Sequence record: NC_133119.1
Direction: 5' to 3' (one strand)
DNA from: Escherichia phage EscoHU1
DNA: 64,000 nt
The notes beneath the pieces are model-generated. The model had not been told where the DNA came from, did not search any database, and was given only the letters and a program-made list of their open reading frames with translations. Below, piece by piece: positions 60,079 to 64,000 of this stretch. Positions within the stretch are counted from its first letter, which is position 1. Every line of letters starts with the position of its first letter. The translations under genes were made by a program, and so were the position numbers.

Positions 60079-61080
60079 ATGTCTACTGTAAGAATTGCAG
60101 TACCAACAAACGCAACTATTATTAAAGGTAGTTTGCGCAACCTGCTAGATGGTAGTAGTGCGGCAAGTATTCAGCACACCGCCGCAATGGTTGAAAAAAT
60201 TCACGAGGATATTTTAGATAATAATGATACTCATTATTCAGTCGATGATTTCACGCTATTACTAGACCAGACAAGGGCGCTAGTAATTTTCAACCGTGAT
60301 TATCACATTTTCCGTAATAGTCGTGGAACTGATATTGATTTTATCATTGTTGGTTATAGTGAGTCTCATAATGGTTACATTGCGCGATTATATAACGTGC
60401 AAGAAAAAGAGCAGGTAACAGCAACAAAAGTAAATAGTATCAGGCTTGATAGTGTCGGGTCGTTATTAAATAGTATCTGGCGCGAATTATCGTCAAGCTA
60501 TAAAGGCGCGGATAGTGACGCAATCGAAACAACTGGCGTATTGTGTTTTGAACGCGCTAGCGGTAACATGTTGATTCCTGACGATTATTTAGGGTACGGG
60601 AATGAATCAAACGTTGCAAACGCTGGATTTACATTAAAACCGCTTGACAACGTAGCAAAACAGGCTGTAGAATCTCAAACTTCAAGCGCAAATGCGCAAA
60701 CTACTGAAAATAAAGGAAATATTATGTCTAAAGTATCTTCTATCGTTGCTGCTAATAAATCCGCCGTTGTAAACGCTGCTAAATTGGAAGCGGGTAAAAT
60801 TGCACTGACTCAAATCACAAAAGTAGCGGCGAAAAAAGCGCCGTTTATGATTAAAGGGTATATTGATACGCCGATTGGTCGCGTAGTGATCGCTAACCTG
60901 CTGAGTGTAGCGGTTGACCAGTACGCCCCGACTAATGCGAAAGCGAAAGCGGTAGCAGGCGCGGCAATGGAAGCGGCAATGTTGGAAATGGTACAGAGTT
61001 TCAATATTGCGGAAATGATCGATGAAATGGTAAAAGGTATTGACATTTCTACTTTTACCAATAACACCGAAAGCGAGTAA
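60079..61080 (+). CDS. hypothetical protein
   Basis: 333 aa; RBS GAGGGAG; Ala/Lys-rich C-terminal half; no enzymatic motif. Confidence 0.55.
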   Translation: MSTVRIAVPTNATIIKGSLRNLLDGSSAASIQHTAAMVEKIHEDILDNNDTHYSVDDFTLLLDQTRALVIFNRDYHIFRNSRGTDIDFIIVGYSESHNGYIARLYNVQEKEQVTATKVNSIRLDSVGSLLNSIWRELSSSYKGADSDAIETTGVLCFERASGNMLIPDDYLGYGNESNVANAGFTLKPLDNVAKQAVESQTSSANAQTTENKGNIMSKVSSIVAANKSAVVNAAKLEAGKIALTQITKVAAKKAPFMIKGYIDTPIGRVVIANLLSVAVDQYAPTNAKAKAVAGAAMEAAMLEMVQSFNIAEMIDEMVKGIDISTFTNNTESE

Positions 61081-61088
61081 TAATAACT

Positions 61089-61120
61089 AGCGGGGATTAT
61101 TTCCCCGCTTTACTATTTCC
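61089..61120 (+). terminator. rho-independent terminator / attenuator
   Basis: AGCGGGGA-TTATT-TCCCCGCT followed by TTACTATTT. Confidence 0.55.
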
Positions 61121-61145
61121 CTGCTAATTAATAGGAGACTAATTA

Positions 61146-61640
61146 ATGTCAGAAGAAAAATATGGCTTTTCGCTAGAAAGTGTGAATGAAGCTAAACACG
61201 ATATGATCGTTTTAGTTGATTGTCATACTGGTTATTGCGGGGAGGGCTGGACGGAAGAACATTTTGTTCCCGCTGGCTGTGATCTGGATGCTTTCGCAAA
61301 CGAACACGCATATGATAATGCTTCTCGTTTCGGTAGCGATGGGGAAGAAGATGAAGAAACAGGGGAATGGATTGAAAATGATAATGTATATGCGAGTCTT
61401 TATCATTATCAATTGAGTAAGTCCGGTACTTATGTAAATGGCGGCGATCCTATTAATATCGTTATGAAACTAATTATTAAACACGGTGGCGCGGAAATAA
61501 TTGGTAACAAGGCGTTATTATACGCAAACCGATTAAAACAGCTTGTTTATATTCCTGATAATTCCCGTTGGGATGAATATGCCGTTTTACAGAAAGAATT
61601 AAAACGCTGTTTCGGCGTGGAAGCATTAGAAATAGTCTAA
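61146..61640 (+). CDS. hypothetical acidic protein
   Basis: 164 aa; acidic patch GSDGEEDEETGEWIEND; RBS TAGGAGA. Confidence 0.55.
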   Translation: MSEEKYGFSLESVNEAKHDMIVLVDCHTGYCGEGWTEEHFVPAGCDLDAFANEHAYDNASRFGSDGEEDEETGEWIENDNVYASLYHYQLSKSGTYVNGGDPINIVMKLIIKHGGAEIIGNKALLYANRLKQLVYIPDNSRWDEYAVLQKELKRCFGVEALEIV

Positions 61641-61749
61641 TGTAAAGTTTTGTAAAGGTCGCTTTAATCGGCGGCCTTTTTTGTTATAATGCCTTTACAC
61701 CGAAACGGTGGATTGAAAATTTTCCCAAAATTTTTTGGAGGCGTTAAAA

Positions 61750-61980
61750 ATGGTTGCTTTCTCTTCTTCTGACTCTCTTTTCACTGGTAAAGGTTGGGTA
61801 TCTAATCGCTGGATCATTGATCAAATGGTTTCGGAATTTGGGATAGGTAAAACTTATGTTACTATTCAGGCGCTTTATGATAATGATCAGATTGACCAGC
61901 AAACCGCCGGATTTTTGCTGGACACGTTGAAATCAGAACATTGCACCAAAAAGCAAGCGGCAAAAATCGTTTTAATGTAA
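61750..61980 (+). CDS. hypothetical small protein
   Basis: ATG 61750 after GGAGG RBS; trimmed from ORF-track 61735..61980 (TTG). Confidence 0.45.
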   Translation: MVAFSSSDSLFTGKGWVSNRWIIDQMVSEFGIGKTYVTIQALYDNDQIDQQTAGFLLDTLKSEHCTKKQAAKIVLM

Positions 61981-62033
61981 TTAATAACGGGGCGTTACTT
62001 TCGCCCCTCATTCCCTAACTAGGAGTTAAGCAA

Positions 62034-62246
62034 ATGTTAAAGAATGTTTCCCTTGCCCGTTCTAAAGGTTTTAAGCTGGTGGATGTTAACACGTTCGAGC
62101 GTCCAGATTGTAAAATCGAATATGTAGCACGCAACAAAAACGCTTTCCGTGTTACAGAAAAGAAATTTGACAAGCGCGGAAATTTGGTAGCCGAAACGGT
62201 TAAACACTTTGCCACCTTTTACGCTGCGTTTCGTGGGGTGTTATGA
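62034..62246 (+). CDS. hypothetical small protein
   Basis: 70 aa; RBS TAGGAG. Confidence 0.5.
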   Translation: MLKNVSLARSKGFKLVDVNTFERPDCKIEYVARNKNAFRVTEKKFDKRGNLVAETVKHFATFYAAFRGVL

Positions 62247-62344
62247 GATCCTTATATATTGCTCTAGCGTTTGCTACCGTTGGCGTTGTATGTTCCGTCG
62301 CCGCATTTGTTTTAAAAATGTACCTGATATTTTCCCAGCTTTAG
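62243..62344 (+). CDS. small hydrophobic peptide
   Basis: 33 aa MRSLYIALAFATVGVVCSVAAFVLKMYLIFSQL; ATGA overlap with upstream stop; not in ORF track. Confidence 0.3.
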   Translation: MRSLYIALAFATVGVVCSVAAFVLKMYLIFSQL

Positions 62345-62355
62345 GAGCTTGACAA

Positions 62356-62703
62356 ATGGTTATTTACGAGGGCAATCGTTTTGTTGCTAATTGCCGTCCG
62401 GCATTATTAGCAAACTATTTAAATCAGCTTTCACCAGTTTATAAAGGTGTGGTTAATATCTATGAAGGCAAAGCACATTATAAAATTTCTGCCGTTGTCG
62501 CTCGCGAGCTTGCCTTTCAGTTTCTTACTTTTAACTCATGCGATATTCAGGTTATGGGTGAGTCATTAGTAGCAGAAAATGAAAATGAATTTATTGACAT
62601 TTTCCGCAAAGTATGTACCGAGCGCCTGATTATGAAAGGCGCATATATTCAATCAACCGCTGATAGTATTGAAACAGCGTTTCGAAAAATTGCATATGAA
62701 TAG
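62356..62703 (+). CDS. hypothetical protein
   Basis: 115 aa; RBS TAGGAGC. Confidence 0.5.
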   Translation: MVIYEGNRFVANCRPALLANYLNQLSPVYKGVVNIYEGKAHYKISAVVARELAFQFLTFNSCDIQVMGESLVAENENEFIDIFRKVCTERLIMKGAYIQSTADSIETAFRKIAYE

Positions 62704-62742
62704 CTGGTGGCGTAAAACGCAAAGTCACAAATCTAATAATAC

Positions 62743-62772
62743 CGCTGGGAAACATTCCCAGCGTTTACGATT
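62743..62772 (+). terminator. terminator-like hairpin
   Basis: CGCTGGGA-AACA-TCCCAGCG followed by TTTACGATTT. Confidence 0.45.
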
Positions 62773-62826
62773 TGGTAATGGCTTCACAATGATATTGATA
62801 ATCATTCTCATTCTAGGAGCAATGGC

Positions 62827-63066
62827 ATGGCTGTAAGAATTTTACGATATGTAGAACGTAAAGAAACCGATATTATGCAGCATCATTTAACTGATGCGCA
62901 ATATGCGCAATTTTTAGAAATGCAGAAAAGCGGAGCTAGTACGGCGGCGCTAGGGGCGTGGATCAATTCAGTTTCAATATGTACGCATTTTGATTCATAC
63001 GGATATACGCCAGCCGAAACCGTCCAGATCTTTGACGACTACGAGAAGGAATACATAGCAGACTAA
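62827..63066 (+). CDS. hypothetical small protein
   Basis: 79 aa; RBS TAGGAGCA. Confidence 0.5.
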   Translation: MAVRILRYVERKETDIMQHHLTDAQYAQFLEMQKSGASTAALGAWINSVSICTHFDSYGYTPAETVQIFDDYEKEYIAD

Positions 63067-63072
63067 TAATAA

Positions 63073-63101
63073 CGGGGCGCAACTACCGGCCCCGCCTTTT
63101 C
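63073..63101 (+). terminator. rho-independent terminator at end of rightward operon
   Basis: CGGGGC-10 nt-GCCCCG followed by CCTTTTCT. Confidence 0.5.
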
Positions 63102-63153
63102 TGGCCTTCCTCAAATTTCCCCTTGTAAAATACCTCCTCCAAAAATAAACGCG

Positions 63154-63180
63154 TTAGAATGCGTTACAGAGCGTTTTAGA
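63154..63180 (+). repeat. 27-bp direct repeat, copy 2 (TTAGAATGCGTTACAGAGCGTTTTAGA)
   Basis: 24/27 identical to 59378-59404. Confidence 0.7.
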
Positions 63181-63210
63181 GCTATATTAGAGCTATTCAC
63201 TACACAGGAA

Positions 63211-63230
63211 TACTGTATAAATATACAGTA
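63211..63230. promoter_or_regulatory. LexA (SOS) box-like palindrome TACTGTATAAATATACAGTA
   Basis: 19/20 match to E. coli LexA consensus; core 16-mer identical to 59814-59829. Confidence 0.6.
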
Positions 63231-63259
63231 GAATAACCTGTTGATAAGTCTGTTGATAA
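63213..63259 (-). repeat. 47-bp inverted repeat, right copy (SOS-box-like palindrome + degenerate DnaA boxes)
   Basis: reverse complement is 41/47 identical to 59783-59829; contains TGTTGATAA twice. Confidence 0.7.
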
Positions 63260-63352
63260 CGCCTCAAAATCGCTAGGATTTTGTCAGGTCAAATCGTGCT
63301 GTTAATAAACCTGTGAATAAATTAAATAACAGTGTTTCTCACTTCACTTTGT

Positions 63353-63497
63353 AAATGCGAGTCATTCTCGTTATCATTCGCGTTTCCCTTCCTAAATGCA
63401 AATCATTCTCATTCGTATTCCGGTAGTCAAATGATAACCATTCTCATTCGCATTCAACTTCTCAAATGCGAATCAATCTCATTATCATTCGCATTTT
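63353..63497 (+). repeat. tandem array of four imperfect palindromic units (consensus AAATGCGAATCATTCTCATT-N-CATTCGCATT)
   Basis: units start at 63353, 63394, 63429, 63464 (35-41 bp period); each unit is internally palindromic. Confidence 0.75.
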
Positions 63498-63502
63498 GGC
63501 AG

Positions 63503-63535
63503 GCAGGGCATTTTCATTTTGCCCTGCGCTTTTGT
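63503..63535 (+). terminator. hairpin between repeat arrays
   Basis: GCAGGGC-ATTTTCATTTT-GCCCTGC followed by GCTTTTG. Confidence 0.35.
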
Positions 63536-63757
63536 GCAAATCCGACATTTGCCCCCACGGATTACGTGCCAGCGTGCATGTGCGAATCCGACAATTTTTG
63601 GTAGTGTGCAAATCCGATGGCAAATATTTTTTATATGTGCGAATCCGACAATGAATTTTCCTAAAAACTCCAGCAATCACGAGTGCGGCTCGATTCCTGT
63701 GGAATTAGCTAGAATATGCGCAGAACCGACAAGCGTTAAGGTGTGCGAATCCGACAA
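63533..63757 (+). repeat. six direct copies of a 16-bp motif TGTGCGAATCCGACAA
   Basis: copies at 63533, 63579, 63605, 63636, 63717, 63742, all same orientation, irregular 25-81 bp spacing. Confidence 0.75.
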
Positions 63758-64000
63758 GATTTTTGTGACTTCGATGAGAGGGTGTGTAATTGTGTGAGTT
63801 TGTGGGAGAGTTGATGCAGCGAGAGAAAATTAGAGGAGAAACTGGAGGGTGCAGCTGTGGTGGCGTGAAACGCCTGGTTTGCTGCGTTTTTGGGGATAAT
63901 GTGGGATGTTTTGGGATAATTGGGCATGGAGCGAGATAAAGTGAAATTTTATTAGCAAAATGGGGCAAAATCGCTTGACAAGTGAAAATTCCTGTGGCTC

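Noticed and set aside
59783-63259. Inverted-repeat-flanked block as an insertion sequence or transposon
   Set aside because: No transposase, integrase or recombinase-like ORF inside or nearby; the repeats contain host-factor binding motifs instead, so a regulatory or recombination role is more likely.
63353-63757. Possible CRISPR array
   Set aside because: Units are imperfect, internally palindromic in one family, irregularly spaced, and have no uniform spacers or nearby cas genes.
63332-63968. ORF-track ORFs inside the terminal repeat arrays (63332..63604, 63462..63680, 63519..63797, 63705..63968 and others)
   Set aside because: They run through tandem and direct DNA repeats, overlap each other on both strands, and lack ribosome-binding sites; the repeats explain the open frames.

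Overview
This window reads as a large segment of a T5-like siphophage genome (Tequintavirus-type organisation), judged from gene order, protein sizes and motifs read by eye; no database search was possible. Three blocks are visible. (1) 1-24.8 kb, plus strand: early genes driven by repeated near-consensus sigma70 promoters (TTGCTT-17-TATAAT), including a Sir2-like protein, a split NAD-dependent DNA ligase, DnaB-like helicase, DnaG-like primase, family A DNA polymerase, SF2 helicase, Mre11/Rad50-like nuclease pair, flap endonuclease and dUTPase. (2) 24.8-52.7 kb, minus strand: the late structural module, with two L-shaped tail-fibre genes carrying C-terminal chaperone domains, tail tip and tube proteins, tape measure, capsid, protease, decoration, portal, HNH endonuclease, terminase and a pb5-like receptor-binding protein, followed by a plus-strand llp-like lipoprotein gene with its own early-type promoter. 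(3) 53-64 kb: a pre-early or terminal-repeat-type region with dmp-like, A1-like and A2-like genes leftward and a rightward operon of six unknown genes, flanked by repeat-rich DNA. The most interesting signals are in block 3: two near-consensus LexA (SOS) boxes inside ~47-bp inverted repeats that bracket the rightward operon, a DnaA-box cluster, and two tandem repeat arrays at the window end. I found no tRNA, CRISPR array, integrase or transposase.
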